Source of the DNA: a virus
Taxonomy: Duplodnaviria > Heunggongvirae > Uroviricota > Caudoviricetes
Direction: 5' to 3' (one strand)
Length of the DNA stretch: 29,228 bases
IMG/VR virus record: IMGVR_UViG_2778261380_000007
Span: 1-29,228 of that record
Both the position numbers and the translations under genes were made by a program. The notes beneath the pieces are model-generated. The model was not told where the DNA came from and searched no databases. It saw only the letters and a list, made by a program, of their open reading frames with translations. The stretch's first letter is position 1; each line of letters starts with the position of its first letter. Of this stretch, positions 9,287 through 20,587 are shown in pieces.

Positions 9287-10236
9287 TGCTCCGCGATTAT
9301 CTTGATGGTTGTGGCAGTAAACGCCGCCCCATTTGACTGGATGGTTAACGCACTGCCATTTGTGGCAAGAAAGCCGTCTTTATCCACGCTGAAGAACGTA
9401 GCTAACAGGATGTTATCGGTTGTTGTCGCCGAGTTGCGACTGCTTACCAGTGTGTCAGGAACAGAGCTGGAAAAGGTTAGCTGCATTGACCTGTTTGCGG
9501 TTCCGCTGGGCCACGTCCCGACGATCGACAGCTTGAAGAACAAGGTTTTGTTCTCGTTGAACACAACCATCTTGTTGTTAACGGTGTCGAAGAATGGTGC
9601 CAACGTGCCGGATGACGGCGTGAGCGTTTTCAGCAGGCTAACAAGGTTGGTCGGCGCTGTCGGGATGGTTACCGATACTCCTGAGTAAACAACCTCTGAT
9701 TTCTTGCGCGTGGTGGCATACTCAAGCGCAGATATTCTTGTTGAGTGATCACCAACTGTGTTTTGTAGTGTCGGAATACTTCCCTCTGCCGCTGTGAGCC
9801 TGGTATCAAGTGCGTCGATATCGGTTGTATTCTGAGTTATTCGCGCATCATGGTTTGCTAACTCAGATTCATTGGCAGCAATTCGCGTCTCGTGATCAGC
9901 CAGCTCTGTTTCGGCAGCCGTAATCCTTGTTTCATGATCTGCAAGAGTGCTTTCCGCTGCTGCAATTCTATGTTCATGATTGATGAGAGTTGCTTCAGCA
10001 GCTTCAATTCTGGATTCATGGTCTGCAAGGGTGACATCCTGCTCATCATTCTTCACCTGTGCATCATAAGCCCCCTTCCCTGCTTCGTTGGCCTTGTTAG
10101 CCACGTTACCAACATCAGTGCCCTGTGCGATAACGTAAAGCAGATACGACTGCGAGAAGATATTGCGTGGAAGAACTGATGTATCGAGCCGCGTAGCCTG
10201 GATGATTACTGGCTCATTGAGATTCGAATCAGCCAT
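9283..10236 (-). CDS. Tail needle (P22 gp26 family) with extended C-terminal knob domain
   Basis: 317-aa ORF. N-terminus [43 protein letters not shown] matches the gp26 N-terminal domain; central repeats ([11 protein letters not shown] / [11 protein letters not shown] / ANHDARI) indicate a trimeric coiled coil; ~130-aa beta-rich C-terminal extension. Confidence 0.85.
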   Translation of the reverse strand: MADSNLNEPVIIQATRLDTSVLPRNIFSQSYLLYVIAQGTDVGNVANKANEAGKGAYDAQVKNDEQDVTLADHESRIEAAEATLINHEHRIAAAESTLADHETRITAAETELADHETRIAANESELANHDARITQNTTDIDALDTRLTAAEGSIPTLQNTVGDHSTRISALEYATTRKKSEVVYSGVSVTIPTAPTNLVSLLKTLTPSSGTLAPFFDTVNNKMVVFNENKTLFFKLSIVGTWPSGTANRSMQLTFSSSVPDTLVSSRNSATTTDNILLATFFSVDKDGFLATNGSALTIQSNGAAFTATTIKIIAEQ

Positions 10237-11654
10237 TACTCAATCCTTATCTGGCAGCCAGACAGAGTGACAGGTGACTTCGTGATAACGCGCAATTTGA
10301 AGCCAACATTTTTCCTGATGCGCCCGACTCGCTTCCACAAAACGCGTTTGTCGTAAACGAACGGTTCATTCTGCTCAATCATCTGCTCACGTCCGTAATT
10401 GATGCCGTCAGTGGTTGCAGAGAGAAAAAGGCGGTCGGCGTACTGCGCAACGCCAGTTGACGATTCAACCTCAAAGTCAAACACCCTGGCGTTATCCGCT
10501 TTGAACAACGGAGTAAACAGCAGGTGTTCCTGTTGCTTGTCGTACTGGCTGCTAATGTCGAACTGCAATTTCCCGGTCACGGATTCCAGCTTATCTCCGC
10601 ACGTTATCTGATTGCCTTCGTAAATGAAGTCGATAGCGCGGTACACATCGTCATCCAGGCCTGTTTTCAGTACACACCATTGCGGACCATTGGCGCTTGA
10701 AGATGCGTCGTACACCAGTACATGGCGCGGAAGATGGATAATCAGCAACTCATGCGCATCAAATCGCAGCGATTCCATTACACCATCAGCCAGTTCATCA
10801 GCAGTGTAGGAGCGGAGAATTTTCTCAATGCTCGCGCTGGCGATTGGTGATACCTGACCGGAGCCGATGATGTATACAGACGGCGCACCTGTTGCCGGAT
10901 TGCTGATAAACGCATAGGAATCAGCAAACGGCGTTTTGCAGTAAGTTCCGGCAATGCCTTTCTGCACCATTAACGATGGCTGGGCGACATACAAAGCAGC
11001 ACCAACGGTGGTTGCCCCAGTCAGGGAAAAATATTCAATCGTCGATGAACCAAAGCAGACGATGAAGTCTCGCCATGTTCCGATACCGATGATGCCGTCC
11101 GGCTGAGACTCGGCACGATATTGTGCGCTGTAACGGTCAGGATGCGATTCATCTTCAAGGTCAGTGATAAACCATGAATCAGTGCCGTCTTTTGACCACG
11201 CATAACGCCCACGTAAGCGCGTAATGTCGCGGACTGAGCCTAACTCATACTGAGTGAATCCACTGTCTGTAGGCCAGTTTGAGACGGTTTTAACCGTGCC
11301 ATCATAGCGATACTCGACCAGTTGACCATTAACGCCTACAGCCTGAGATGTCCGACCATGCGCCATTGATACGCGACCACTTCCGGCAACATCACCGACT
11401 TCACTTTCTCCTTTGTACAGCTTGCCACCACACACGCGATAAACAGCACTCTGCGCCATGTTGTACTCGACGCCGCGCGATACGCCGTTCACATCAGAAC
11501 GTTTGGCAATGCCCGGGAATGAGCGAAGATATCCGCTGCTGTTCAGGATTTCTTTGGGTGTAGCCAGCATATTCACTGGCAGATAGTCGATATAGTCGGC
11601 GTTTCGGAAGTCTTTTCCGACACCTTTCATAAGCGGAAGTTGCTGAATCGGCAT
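10236..11654 (-). CDS. Tail accessory / head-completion protein, P22 gp10 homolog
   Basis: 472-aa ORF (same length as P22 gp10) in the conserved 4-10-26 order. Confidence 0.85.
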   Translation of the reverse strand: MPIQQLPLMKGVGKDFRNADYIDYLPVNMLATPKEILNSSGYLRSFPGIAKRSDVNGVSRGVEYNMAQSAVYRVCGGKLYKGESEVGDVAGSGRVSMAHGRTSQAVGVNGQLVEYRYDGTVKTVSNWPTDSGFTQYELGSVRDITRLRGRYAWSKDGTDSWFITDLEDESHPDRYSAQYRAESQPDGIIGIGTWRDFIVCFGSSTIEYFSLTGATTVGAALYVAQPSLMVQKGIAGTYCKTPFADSYAFISNPATGAPSVYIIGSGQVSPIASASIEKILRSYTADELADGVMESLRFDAHELLIIHLPRHVLVYDASSSANGPQWCVLKTGLDDDVYRAIDFIYEGNQITCGDKLESVTGKLQFDISSQYDKQQEHLLFTPLFKADNARVFDFEVESSTGVAQYADRLFLSATTDGINYGREQMIEQNEPFVYDKRVLWKRVGRIRKNVGFKLRVITKSPVTLSGCQIRIE

Positions 11655-12154
11655 TATTTGCTCCCGTTATCGCAAGGTTCCTTTCGGTGGAAGTAATTCC
11701 ACCCGTTCCACTTCGCCAACTGGTTTCCACTGCCAACAGGCATACGGTTTGGATAACCGGACTTACATTTTGCGGCTTTTGCTCTGTCCATTGCAGACAG
11801 TTTGACGAGTCGCTCTTTCCCGTATCTGGCAGTGGTTATAAGTTTTGCAGACGCTTCCAGCGCATAATCTGGAGCAATGCGGCAGGCAAGGTTGAAAATG
11901 ACGGCATTTATAGCGTTATTTGATAAGCCGTGCTCATCGCCCGGATCCGGAGCAACATCTGCATCAGCAAAAATGTAGCCAACGTTGATACCAGGTGACG
12001 CATCACCGCCAAGCCATTCAGCCATCATCATTTCAAGGTCGTTGACGCCGTCTTCCATAGACTGCGGTTCGACATCGGTTAACGTGGCATTTGATGCCAC
12101 ACCGAGCTTACGTAATGCCGCAAGAACTAAATCACCCTTCGTTGTCAGGTTCAT
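11654..12154 (-). CDS. Tail accessory protein, P22 gp4 homolog
   Basis: Start placed at ATG 12152-12154 ([21 protein letters not shown]..., matching the P22 gp4 N-terminus) with an AAGGCGG RBS; the ORF-track start at 12235 adds a probably spurious SQSQSQSQ leader. Confidence 0.8.
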   Translation of the reverse strand: MNLTTKGDLVLAALRKLGVASNATLTDVEPQSMEDGVNDLEMMMAEWLGGDASPGINVGYIFADADVAPDPGDEHGLSNNAINAVIFNLACRIAPDYALEASAKLITTARYGKERLVKLSAMDRAKAAKCKSGYPNRMPVGSGNQLAKWNGWNYFHRKEPCDNGSK

Positions 12155-12374
12155 CTGCTGCCGCCTTAGGTTTTCGACCAGGCTTTTTACGCTGTTTTTC
12201 TTCTGGCTCTGGCTCTGGCTCTGGCTCTGCAACATCCTTCAAAAGGTCATCAGGATGTGAAAACCAGCCAGCATCCAGATATTCCTGTAGCTCTTCGGCT
12301 TTCACGATTTCAAAGTCGTATCCAACGCCTTTCCATTTCTTCATGTCGCCATGACGAAAGATCATGTGTGTCAT
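12132..12374 (-). CDS. Small acidic hypothetical protein (80 aa) with [10 protein letters not shown] repeat and Lys/Arg-rich tail
   Basis: ATG at 12372-12374 preceded by a GGAG RBS, immediately after the coat terminator; the ORF-track start at 12422 would lie inside the terminator. Coding status uncertain. Confidence 0.45.
   Translation of the reverse strand: MTHMIFRHGDMKKWKGVGYDFEIVKAEELQEYLDAGWFSHPDDLLKDVAEPEPEPEPEEKQRKKPGRKPKAAADEPDNEG
12204..12230. repeat. Hexanucleotide tandem repeat (CTGGCT)x4
   Basis: Seen directly at 12204-12227; encodes EPEPEPEP in one - strand frame and SQSQSQSQ in another. Confidence 0.9.
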
Positions 12375-12386
12375 GCTTGTCTCCAG

Positions 12387-12410
12387 ATAAAAAAGGGAGC
12401 CGAAGCTCCC
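12387..12410 (-). terminator. Rho-independent terminator directly downstream of the coat gene
   Basis: On the - strand: GGGAGC-UUCG-GCUCCC followed by UUUUUUAU, 8 nt after the coat stop codon. Confidence 0.8.
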
Positions 12411-12418
12411 TCTGGTTA

Positions 12419-13714
12419 TCACGCGGTCTGGTTAGGCAGACCAACACCAATTGCCTCTGGTCGTACAGCACATGCTGAATACCACACAGCAATACGGCAC
12501 TTACCAGACAGAGTATTGATATCACCCTGCGTTGCGAAGATGCCGTTAACACCAATACCAGGAATGCTGAAGGAAGACGTTTTCATGCCAGCAAACAGTT
12601 CATGGGTTACCGGAATCGGCTGAGACAGCAGGCGGATTGAGTCATCAGCCCAGAACACGTTAGCGGTGGTTGTTGCCACGTTCAGAACGTTTACCGGAGT
12701 GGAATCAGCAAGAGAGGTGTTTACGTTAGCGTAAGCCTTCTCTTCTTTTGTCAGTGACGCGTCATCCAGCGCAATCGGCTTCGGCGTGATTTCGATATGA
12801 GTACCATCGATCACACGAGTGATTGAGAAAGTCGCATCATCAGTCAGCACGTTCTTCGCCATCTGAGACAGGAATTTCACACCAGTGAAGCTGATTTTGT
12901 CGCCGCGCTTAAATCCGGTGGTGGAGGATACGGTCACCGTTGCAACACGGTTATCGACGTTCTCTTTGTTACCATCGGTATCAAGGGTGTATGCCTGCGG
13001 CTTAAACTTCTGCGCACCAGAAACAGTTACACCAGTAGCGGTTGACTTGGTAACTGCCGGAAGTTTCGGTGAGCGAAGAATTTCATCAAAGCCAGCAATC
13101 TGACGCTGAATAGTACCGTTGCGATACGCGTCTTCAGGAACGCGCCCAAAGATGTCACCATCTACCAGGTTGCGGCCTGCTTTGCGGTAATCGTCCGGGT
13201 TCAGGAAGTAACTGATGCCCATATCGCGGTTTAGCTCACGGGAGAACATCAGGCGCTCTGCATCAGACACAAAATCCCAGCCAGACAGGCCAGTAGATGG
13301 ACCAATTGCGCGGGTATCGTGAACAACAAGCGAGCCCATTTCAGTTGCCTGTTTGGCAATCGCTGACTCAATGTTATTCGCCAGTTTTTTGGCGGATGCC
13401 TGGATTCGGCGACGGTAAGAACGCTCATCACGCAGGTCATCTGCACGAAGCTCGAAGAAATCGTTATCCGGATCGCCCATGTTGCATTTCACGGACAGCT
13501 CCAGAATCCCGGTTGCGTTGCCAGTTAAATCCCAGCCAGTCTGAGTTGGCGCTTCCTGCTCAACAGGCATCCACACGGTGTTGCTTGAACGTTGCATGGA
13601 TTCTGCCGGAGGGGTGTATTTTGTCACTTTTGACGCCATTGGCGTCAGGTTCTGGACGGTTTCGATGATTTCATCCAGAGCATACGTGACCAGTTGACCT
13701 TCATTTAATGCCAT
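12419..13714 (-). CDS. Major capsid (coat) protein, P22 gp5 homolog
   Basis: 431-aa ORF; [27 protein letters not shown]...[14 protein letters not shown] is highly similar to P22 coat protein as I recall it. Confidence 0.95.
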   Translation of the reverse strand: MALNEGQLVTYALDEIIETVQNLTPMASKVTKYTPPAESMQRSSNTVWMPVEQEAPTQTGWDLTGNATGILELSVKCNMGDPDNDFFELRADDLRDERSYRRRIQASAKKLANNIESAIAKQATEMGSLVVHDTRAIGPSTGLSGWDFVSDAERLMFSRELNRDMGISYFLNPDDYRKAGRNLVDGDIFGRVPEDAYRNGTIQRQIAGFDEILRSPKLPAVTKSTATGVTVSGAQKFKPQAYTLDTDGNKENVDNRVATVTVSSTTGFKRGDKISFTGVKFLSQMAKNVLTDDATFSITRVIDGTHIEITPKPIALDDASLTKEEKAYANVNTSLADSTPVNVLNVATTTANVFWADDSIRLLSQPIPVTHELFAGMKTSSFSIPGIGVNGIFATQGDINTLSGKCRIAVWYSACAVRPEAIGVGLPNQTA

Positions 13715-14625
13715 TATCGAATTCCTTTATTCAGTTGCGCCTTGAGCTTGCGGTATGTCTCTACATCCCCTTTGTTTGCTGCCGCTTCCATCTGCTTTTC
13801 AATCGCAGAGATATTTGCAGCAACAGCATGTCCCTGAATTGGTTCATCAGGTAACGGGGCTTCTGAAACAGGCTTGGCTCGAGGCTTGAGAGTTAAACGT
13901 TCTGACAGTCGAGTGAGTTCAATAAGCGCGGATTGCCCGTCCATCGCCAGCAACTGGCGTGTTTTTTCAGGATTAGCACCAAGGTGATACATGAGAGCGG
14001 CGGATTTCTCCGGGAAGAGGCGCATGATGTCGGCACCGACTGCTGGCGGCACCAGTTGCATGAATGCATCCTCTTTCTCCTGATAGTCAGGGATATTGAG
14101 CTTTTCCGCTGCGTCGTAGTGCTTACGGGCTGCCTCGACGTATTGCGCTGATTGCTGGGTGAACTCCTGAGTTTTGCGACCCTGCTCGGCGACAGCCTGG
14201 CTTCGTGCGTCCATAGCCTTGATCTGCCATTCACTGTTTGCCTGCTGGAAGGCAGCCAGTGCGCGGCTCTGGTCATAGTCGTACTTAGCCAGTGCATCTT
14301 CGGAAAGATAATCGTTAGGGTCTGGTTGTTTTGGTAACTCAGGGTTCACCCGCAGGTGCTCCGGCAACTCTCCACGCTTAACCGCTTCCATCTGCTGCTC
14401 AAGCTCACGCTGGCGTTTGCGTTCGATGCGGCGACGGGCAAATTCAGCATTAGTTGCCGGGTCTTGTTTTGGTTTCTCATCGTCTTTCAGGACAATCTCG
14501 AAGCCTTCTTCCTGACCTGCGTTGTCGTTGGCATTATCGACAACTAAGCCATCAACAGATGCCGCTGCATGATTGCCAGGCAGGGTTAATTCTTCAGAAG
14601 CCTGAATGTCGGTGGTTTGGTCCAT
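13714..14625 (-). CDS. Scaffolding protein, P22 gp8 homolog
   Basis: 303-aa ORF (same length as P22 gp8), charged and helical, between portal and coat. Confidence 0.9.
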   Translation of the reverse strand: MDQTTDIQASEELTLPGNHAAASVDGLVVDNANDNAGQEEGFEIVLKDDEKPKQDPATNAEFARRRIERKRQRELEQQMEAVKRGELPEHLRVNPELPKQPDPNDYLSEDALAKYDYDQSRALAAFQQANSEWQIKAMDARSQAVAEQGRKTQEFTQQSAQYVEAARKHYDAAEKLNIPDYQEKEDAFMQLVPPAVGADIMRLFPEKSAALMYHLGANPEKTRQLLAMDGQSALIELTRLSERLTLKPRAKPVSEAPLPDEPIQGHAVAANISAIEKQMEAAANKGDVETYRKLKAQLNKGIR

Positions 14626-14638
14626 GATTAACTCTCTC

Positions 14639-16807
14639 TTATTGAGGTGTCTCGGCTACTCCGCCGGAGGGGATTTGAACTTGACGCATAAGATTCGCGA
14701 AATCCATGCGTTGTGAATGAGTCTGGTCTGCATCTTTAAGAAGCAGCTCAGCGTTAGCACGAGCATCTTTGCTGCGCTGTTGCTGGAATTGACCTACGAG
14801 CTTGAGGTACTCACGCAGTTCTGCCTGCTTGTCGAGGTCCATATTGTTGAATATTTCTGCAATCTTCGCGGCGTTGAGTTGGTTTTGGGCTTCAACCTTG
14901 GCGGCTTCAACCTGAATCTGCGCCTGTTGGTTCTCTGCCTTGAGCAATTCAGCCTGACCTTGCAGAAGGATACCCTGCGCCTGAATTTGCTCTGCTGATG
15001 GCTGCTGCGGCTGTTGTTGTGCCTGCTGTACCATCTCCATCTCTTCAGGTGTTTCTGGTTTCTTCAGCCCCATCATCACCAGTTGCTTGTTCGCGTACTC
15101 TCGCATCATCTCGACGCCTTTACCGTCAAGCAGCGTGAAGTATTGCAGCATCAGCATCTGGAACTCTGGAGTACCTTGCGGAACCTTGGTGAGTAACTCC
15201 TGAATCTCTGCGCGGTTCTGTTCCTTCATGCTCTGGAAGGATGGCCCAACGTCCGTATAGCACTCATATCGACCACGAATGTCGTTGAGTGTGACCACAT
15301 TGCCGGACTGGTAATCGACAACTTGCGCATAGAGTTGAACGTCTTTCTCGCTTCCATCTTCAAGTGTCAGCGTTACATGACGAGGAACGTCATAAATATC
15401 GTTGACCATTGAGGCATAAATCTCGCCATCACGTCGCATTGCGGTAGCCAGGTTATCCTGAAACACGTATGTCTCAAGGTCTGCCCGCATGTTCAGTTGG
15501 TTGACGGTATCGAAAGCGACCTGACCATTTGCCGCCTGCGCATCCACGCCAAGACTAGCCACCTCTTTCACTGCGTTGGTGGCAGCCTCAAGCATGTAAG
15601 CGTTGGCTTGCGGCACTTCAGGGTTTTCCATGTAGGAGATTGGACCAATCGGCAGGTCGTTACCGTTTTCATCGGTCCTGTTCTGCAGATAGTACGGATA
15701 GTCATCATTTCCACCGTACATGTATTCGTAGCCTTCGATTTGCTCAGGGAAGAAGGTCGGTTTCTTCTTCGGTGAACGAGCAACAATATCGGCGTTGAAC
15801 GACATGATCATGTTACGAAGGCGTTGACCGTCTTTCGTCAGCCTTACCACTCCTTCGTAGCACTCCTTGTCACCAGCGAATGACCATTCGCCATACACTG
15901 GAACGATTGGAATATGCTCTCCGGCTATCTTCTCGCGGTCTTTCAGTATCTGCGTGCAGGTGATGATCGACTTATACACACGCCGACGCTTGACCTTACG
16001 CTCTGCTACCTTAATGAATCCACGATTAGCCAGGTCGTCGATGACGTCTTTGATATCCTGCTGGTAATAGCTGACCGGCTCACCTGTCAGCGGGTCGCGG
16101 TAGATGAAGACTTTCTCTTTCTTCTCTTCGACCTCGTAATACTCAGCGACGTAGACGACATCATTCGATACCCACGGAAACAGCCATGTATCGTTCGGAT
16201 TCTGGAAAGATGGCAAGGTGTCAGGATCAATACCGTAATCCTCTGCGAACTCTTTCCAGCCATTGCGTGACAAAGCGTTAATCACCGTGCAGTGCTTAGC
16301 GTCGCTCTTATCCATCTGCTTGCTGTTGGCGTCCCATATGACGTGTGAGCAGGCTTCATGGATTGGCAGGCGTCGGATTACCTGATTGTTGCTTGTTGGG
16401 TCGTTGTCTTCGTACTGTGTGACCAGACGCCATGCACCAACGCCGGACTCTATCTGCTCACGAACGCCAACGTTAACGGCAATCTTTGCCGTGTTATGGC
16501 GCATATCAGTACGATACATTCCCATCAACACATCGGCAGCATCAGGATTAGCGCCGTCTTTGGGTCGGAAGAGAACGTCGATAGGGTTCCGGCGCATCTC
16601 TGCGACCAGTTTCCTGACCACCGGGCGAACAACATCGAATTGTCCGCGATATTGCAGGGTAGTGTAGTTTGATAGCCAGTCATCCCATTGCGACACTCGG
16701 CTAAAATACAGGTCATTTGTCGCCTCGGTTCTGGCCTCATCGCTTGCTGCCCAATCCCTGTCAAACCGAAGGAGAATGGTTCGCAATTTGTCGTCTTGGT
16801 CGGCCAT
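14639..16807 (-). CDS. Portal protein, P22 gp1 homolog
   Basis: 722-aa ORF; [26 protein letters not shown]...[16 protein letters not shown] matches the P22 portal sequence from memory, including the long helical C-terminal barrel. Confidence 0.95.
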   Translation of the reverse strand: MADQDDKLRTILLRFDRDWAASDEARTEATNDLYFSRVSQWDDWLSNYTTLQYRGQFDVVRPVVRKLVAEMRRNPIDVLFRPKDGANPDAADVLMGMYRTDMRHNTAKIAVNVGVREQIESGVGAWRLVTQYEDNDPTSNNQVIRRLPIHEACSHVIWDANSKQMDKSDAKHCTVINALSRNGWKEFAEDYGIDPDTLPSFQNPNDTWLFPWVSNDVVYVAEYYEVEEKKEKVFIYRDPLTGEPVSYYQQDIKDVIDDLANRGFIKVAERKVKRRRVYKSIITCTQILKDREKIAGEHIPIVPVYGEWSFAGDKECYEGVVRLTKDGQRLRNMIMSFNADIVARSPKKKPTFFPEQIEGYEYMYGGNDDYPYYLQNRTDENGNDLPIGPISYMENPEVPQANAYMLEAATNAVKEVASLGVDAQAANGQVAFDTVNQLNMRADLETYVFQDNLATAMRRDGEIYASMVNDIYDVPRHVTLTLEDGSEKDVQLYAQVVDYQSGNVVTLNDIRGRYECYTDVGPSFQSMKEQNRAEIQELLTKVPQGTPEFQMLMLQYFTLLDGKGVEMMREYANKQLVMMGLKKPETPEEMEMVQQAQQQPQQPSAEQIQAQGILLQGQAELLKAENQQAQIQVEAAKVEAQNQLNAAKIAEIFNNMDLDKQAELREYLKLVGQFQQQRSKDARANAELLLKDADQTHSQRMDFANLMRQVQIPSGGVAETPQ

Positions 16808-18267
16808 TATCTACCTCTGGAAATTGGACGAATTGGAGCCGGTAATGGCTTAGTTGGTTTGTTTTTGACTACCGGGAATGCAAACGTCAGGGCTAACGCA
16901 TCAGCGCGGTTTGGTGAAGGAACCCCACGGCGCTTCATGTCATCTTTGGCCTCAAGGACGATGCGCCCATCGAGCTTAACCCTGTACTCAGGAGCAACGA
17001 TTTCGTCAGCTGTTTGCTGATCATCGATACTTCCCCCTTCTTTGAGCCATGACTTCATTGAGTTCCACATCTCACCGCGCTTGTTCAGCATGCCGGGGTC
17101 TTTGGATTCACCCCCAAAGTTAACCAGCTGCCACTTCCTTCCCCACGACCTACCTATTGAGTGAATTCCGGTGCCATACCCGAAGTCTATGAACACTGCA
17201 TCTGCCTTATGCTCATCCTCAAATCCTGCGACGATTTGCGCGAACTTAACGTCGTCATCTGTTTTCGGGTAGGTGCCAAGCAGGCGCGCATGAAGACCCT
17301 GGCGAAGGTAAATTGATGCCTCATCACTACCTGTGTAAGCAGGGTCAACGCCGATTATTTTGGATGCGAATGTGTAAGAGCCGGGTTCAAGCGTGCGAGA
17401 CATGGCCTCATCCACATATGCCTGAGGTATGAACTGGACTTCTGATGTCGATGGGAATAGACCGCGAACACGTACTTTAAAGAAATCGCTGTCTTCACCG
17501 TAATCCTTGCGCCACTCTTCGATGAGCTCTTTGTTGGTCATCTTTGCCAGGCGGCTATCAATTTGACGTCGACGCCATCGGTGTTTGAACTTGCGGAAGC
17601 ACTCTCGGAATCGACCGGTGTTACGCGTCGGGTTCCCAAATGCAAACCAGAAAGGCTCGCCGTCAGTAAGGCCGCCCTCTGCTACTTCCCAAATTTTGTC
17701 AGGAACCGCTGAGGCTTCATCGAAGATGTAGAACGGGCTTGAGTTAGCTGCATGCAGGCCAGCAAATGACTCGCTGTTCTCTTCCCGACACGTCTGGCCG
17801 TCACAGCGCCATGATTCCATGTGATCCACATGGTAGATGTTCATGTTGCCTTTGCCGTTGTTGTACTCAAACCAGTGACCGGTGATGCACCGCTTCTTCC
17901 ACTTGCCCAGCTCGCCCCATGTTTTGGTGCGAAGCTGTTCAGAGGTATTGGCTGTCACGACGCCCTTGCAGAAAGGACGAGTGCTGAGGATGTACAGAAT
18001 GACCCAGGCAGTTAGAGCACTTTTACCGATACCGTGACCAGAGCTGGTAGCGCAACGATAGGCTTCAACAGGTTTAACACCGTCGAAGTTATTAGTCCTG
18101 ATTGCGTCTCCCCAATCTGTCAGAAACTCTTTCTGCCATTCATCGGGGCCGTCAAAGCCCTCAAGCTCACCAGTTCCCCAATCAAACGCATACATAACGA
18201 AGCCAAGCGGATCGTAAAAGAATCGACCCATATCATCGGCAAGCATTGCCTCGAATTCTGACGACAT
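16807..18267 (-). CDS. Terminase large subunit
   Basis: 486-aa ORF immediately downstream of the small terminase; nucleotide-binding-like motif [14 protein letters not shown]; conserved gene order. Confidence 0.9.
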   Translation of the reverse strand: MSSEFEAMLADDMGRFFYDPLGFVMYAFDWGTGELEGFDGPDEWQKEFLTDWGDAIRTNNFDGVKPVEAYRCATSSGHGIGKSALTAWVILYILSTRPFCKGVVTANTSEQLRTKTWGELGKWKKRCITGHWFEYNNGKGNMNIYHVDHMESWRCDGQTCREENSESFAGLHAANSSPFYIFDEASAVPDKIWEVAEGGLTDGEPFWFAFGNPTRNTGRFRECFRKFKHRWRRRQIDSRLAKMTNKELIEEWRKDYGEDSDFFKVRVRGLFPSTSEVQFIPQAYVDEAMSRTLEPGSYTFASKIIGVDPAYTGSDEASIYLRQGLHARLLGTYPKTDDDVKFAQIVAGFEDEHKADAVFIDFGYGTGIHSIGRSWGRKWQLVNFGGESKDPGMLNKRGEMWNSMKSWLKEGGSIDDQQTADEIVAPEYRVKLDGRIVLEAKDDMKRRGVPSPNRADALALTFAFPVVKNKPTKPLPAPIRPISRGR

Positions 18268-18704
18268 TACTCACCTCTCGCGCGTTTTCTGGCCTCCTGA
18301 ATGCGCTGAATCAGGTTAACCTCTCCGGTGTGTTCAACTTCTTGCTTATCGCGCCATTTATCCTTCTGTCGGTTCTTAAGCCAGAAGATGGCGGCCGTTG
18401 TATCAGGCGGGTAATACTTCTCAAGCGGAGTTTCGACAATTCTGTTTTCAATAACACGAATATCGATGTCTGGAGCCACGAAGCCCATAGCGCGTTGATA
18501 AAGACGATCACTAACTTCTGCATCAGCGACGGCCTTACCCTTTTTTATGGACTCCGAAAACTCAGGATAATCAAGCTTCCACTTGTTAATAGTTGACTCA
18601 CTGACTTCGAAGAAATCAGCAAGCTCTGCATCGGTGTAGCCCAGCAAGCACAGTTTGCGTGCCTGTTCGGCGTACGCCTCTTGATACTTTGTTGGGCGCG
18701 CCAT
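18267..18704 (-). CDS. Terminase small subunit
   Basis: 145-aa ORF; HTH-like N-terminus (GYTDAELADFFEVSESTINKWK) typical of small terminases; overlaps the TerL start by 1 nt. Confidence 0.8.
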   Translation of the reverse strand: MARPTKYQEAYAEQARKLCLLGYTDAELADFFEVSESTINKWKLDYPEFSESIKKGKAVADAEVSDRLYQRAMGFVAPDIDIRVIENRIVETPLEKYYPPDTTAAIFWLKNRQKDKWRDKQEVEHTGEVNLIQRIQEARKRARGE

Positions 18705-18706
18705 GT

Positions 18707-18949
18707 TTATGCTCCGGTAGTGAACAGGTCTAACGCTTCCTTCGATTTACGCACTGCTTCGAATGTGCGGATCGTGATATCCGAATTAGCGCCGCCTGAC
18801 TGGAAGTGAATTTTGAATAGCTCAAGCTTCAGTTCGTCAGTGCCAATGAACTGAAATGCTTCCTCTGCGGCTGCGTTCTGGTTCATGACCAGTTTGTAAA
18901 TCTCTAGCTGGAATTTCTGTTCTTCAGTCATGGGAATAATCTCTGCCAT
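18707..18949 (-). CDS. Hypothetical protein (80 aa)
   Basis: ORF ending 2 nt before the TerS start; no recognised motif. Confidence 0.5.
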   Translation of the reverse strand: MAEIIPMTEEQKFQLEIYKLVMNQNAAAEEAFQFIGTDELKLELFKIHFQSGGANSDITIRTFEAVRKSKEALDLFTTGA

Positions 18950-19052
18950 TGTTGGCTCCGTTTATCCGTTAAAAGGGATATCAGTTAAGTTATCCCGTGT
19001 AGGGTATAAGCCATTATCAAAGCCATTCTGTAGGGAATGGCTTTTGTAATAA

Positions 19053-19409
19053 CTACTGTTCGCTTAGCTTCTGCTTCAGCAAGTAACCTTCGAGCATCCA
19101 GATTTTGTTTACAGCATTCTGCCGGGCAATCTTCCGACCAATTTCTGCATCAAAGTTTTCCGGGCTTGCACAGGCACTCTCTCCGGTGACGGTGAAGCCA
19201 TTCTTCAGCACCAGTACGCAGAAAGTCAGGAGGTCTGTAGATTTATGCGCTGTCCATGAATCGCCAACGCCCATATTGGCAGCACGAATGCCGTCATAAG
19301 CAGTAAAGAAATGCTCTTCAAGAATGATGCTTTCGATATATTGAGGCGTAACTCGCGGAGCGGTTTTTCCTTTCTCAACGATTTCTTTTTCGATTTGCTG
19401 GTCGTTCAT
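19053..19409 (-). CDS. Hypothetical protein, N4 gp49 / Sf6 gp66-like
   Basis: 118-aa ORF; pattern LLTFCVLVLKNGFTVTGESACASPENFD recalled as this phage family. Function unknown. Confidence 0.6.
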   Translation of the reverse strand: MNDQQIEKEIVEKGKTAPRVTPQYIESIILEEHFFTAYDGIRAANMGVGDSWTAHKSTDLLTFCVLVLKNGFTVTGESACASPENFDAEIGRKIARQNAVNKIWMLEGYLLKQKLSEQ

Positions 19410-19635
19410 AATTATGACCCTGTGGAGTGGTTGCTTGATTAGGATGTCTTTCCATCAGTCCGCCACCACAAAGAATCTTTTTTGCCATAAGGCAGGAGGT
19501 TCATCTTTCAGTGGCTGCCAGTGTTATTTCCCCACTTACTGGCTTGGGTTGTATCGCTGTACTGCCGTTAATTAGTGACCAGAAATTAACTCCGGTTTCA
19601 TTATCAAGCCCACCCGTAGGTAGGCTTTGTAATGG

Positions 19636-19893
19636 CTACTTCGCTTTTGCTTCCGCTCGCTTACGCCGGCGCTCTTCTTTCCTCTCGGCTTTTGCCATGT
19701 CCATGAATGCCTGCATGATCGAGTTCCGCATCATGTAGCTAACAAAGTGATGATTGACACAGCCGTTGAGGCGCAGCTGCTCGCCAAACTCATCCACCGA
19801 GGCCAATGCTTCCATCATGCCCTTCTCGCCTTTCATGAACTCTGAGAAGTCGCGCCCCGCTCTGGAGGCGCATTCAATGACACGATCACTCAT
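19636..19893 (-). CDS. Hypothetical protein (85 aa) with basic C-terminal tail
   Basis: Start ATG overlaps the stop of the KilA-N gene (ATGA), suggesting translational coupling; C-terminus AKAERKEERRRKRAEAKAK. Confidence 0.55.
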   Translation of the reverse strand: MSDRVIECASRAGRDFSEFMKGEKGMMEALASVDEFGEQLRLNGCVNHHFVSYMMRNSIMQAFMDMAKAERKEERRRKRAEAKAK

Positions 19894-20387
19894 CCCGGAA
19901 GCCCGGGGATCGTAATCTGCAGCTGGTTAGCCAGGGAGTTAATCTCAGCGACCAACACTGGCTTCGTATAGCGCCATGCCGCCAGTCCTTGTCCGCAGAA
20001 GCTCGCCATGTCTTTCTTCTGGTCAAACTCATGACATTTCATGTTGAGCTGCGCACTTAAGCTGTTGCGATGCTGAAGTTCTCCGGTGAAGTAGTCATCG
20101 AGGACTTTATAGGCCGCGTACTTGAACCCGGGGTTTAACCAAGCCGCATAATCGTAAGCAACAAACTTCCCGCCATATGTTCCACCGTGTACACCGCGCT
20201 CAGTAAAAACCACAGATTCGTGGTTTTTCTCCAGCTCGGCTAAGAACTCTTTGGTCTGCTTGTTTCGCAGGTAGTGGTACGGAGATTCAGATTCACTTTT
20301 ACCACTGGCTTTCCACATATCAGTGAGGCAGATCATGCCATCTTCACCGATACGAATTGGTTGATTGAAGAGGGTTAATGATTTCAT
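19890..20387 (-). CDS. KilA-N domain protein
   Basis: 165-aa ORF; segment GVHGGTYGGKFVAYDYAAWLNPGFKYAAYKVLDDYF fits the KilA-N DNA-binding domain signature (from memory). Confidence 0.7.
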   Translation of the reverse strand: MKSLTLFNQPIRIGEDGMICLTDMWKASGKSESESPYHYLRNKQTKEFLAELEKNHESVVFTERGVHGGTYGGKFVAYDYAAWLNPGFKYAAYKVLDDYFTGELQHRNSLSAQLNMKCHEFDQKKDMASFCGQGLAAWRYTKPVLVAEINSLANQLQITIPGLPG

Positions 20388-20501
20388 AGCGTGTACCTAC
20401 TCTTTGAAATGAACCTTTGCCGCACAGGAAACCAGCCCACCGAGGCTCGCCAGCACTAACTGGTATCCTCAAAGGCCCATTCCAAAGGGGCAGGTTCGGT
20501 G

Positions 20502-20526
20502 TAAAAACATGCGTTGCGGTACGCAT
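20502..20526 (-). terminator. Terminator hairpin downstream of Rz (second of two in tandem)
   Basis: - strand: AUGCGU-loop-ACGCAU followed by a GUUUUUAC tract. Confidence 0.6.
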
Positions 20527-20533
20527 TTATTGC

Positions 20534-20555
20534 AAAAAGCCCCGCATCGCGAGGC
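20534..20555 (-). terminator. Terminator hairpin downstream of Rz (first of two in tandem)
   Basis: - strand: GCCUCGC-GAU-GCGGGGC (one G-U pair) followed by UUUUU. Confidence 0.65.
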
Positions 20556-20587
20556 TCATTAAATTGACTTTGTGATTTGCAAAAAAA

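Noticed and set aside
12375-12422. ORF-track start of the 96-aa ORF overlapping the coat stop
   Set aside because: This start would place the terminator hairpin inside the coding sequence; an internal ATG with a GGAG RBS after the terminator is more plausible.
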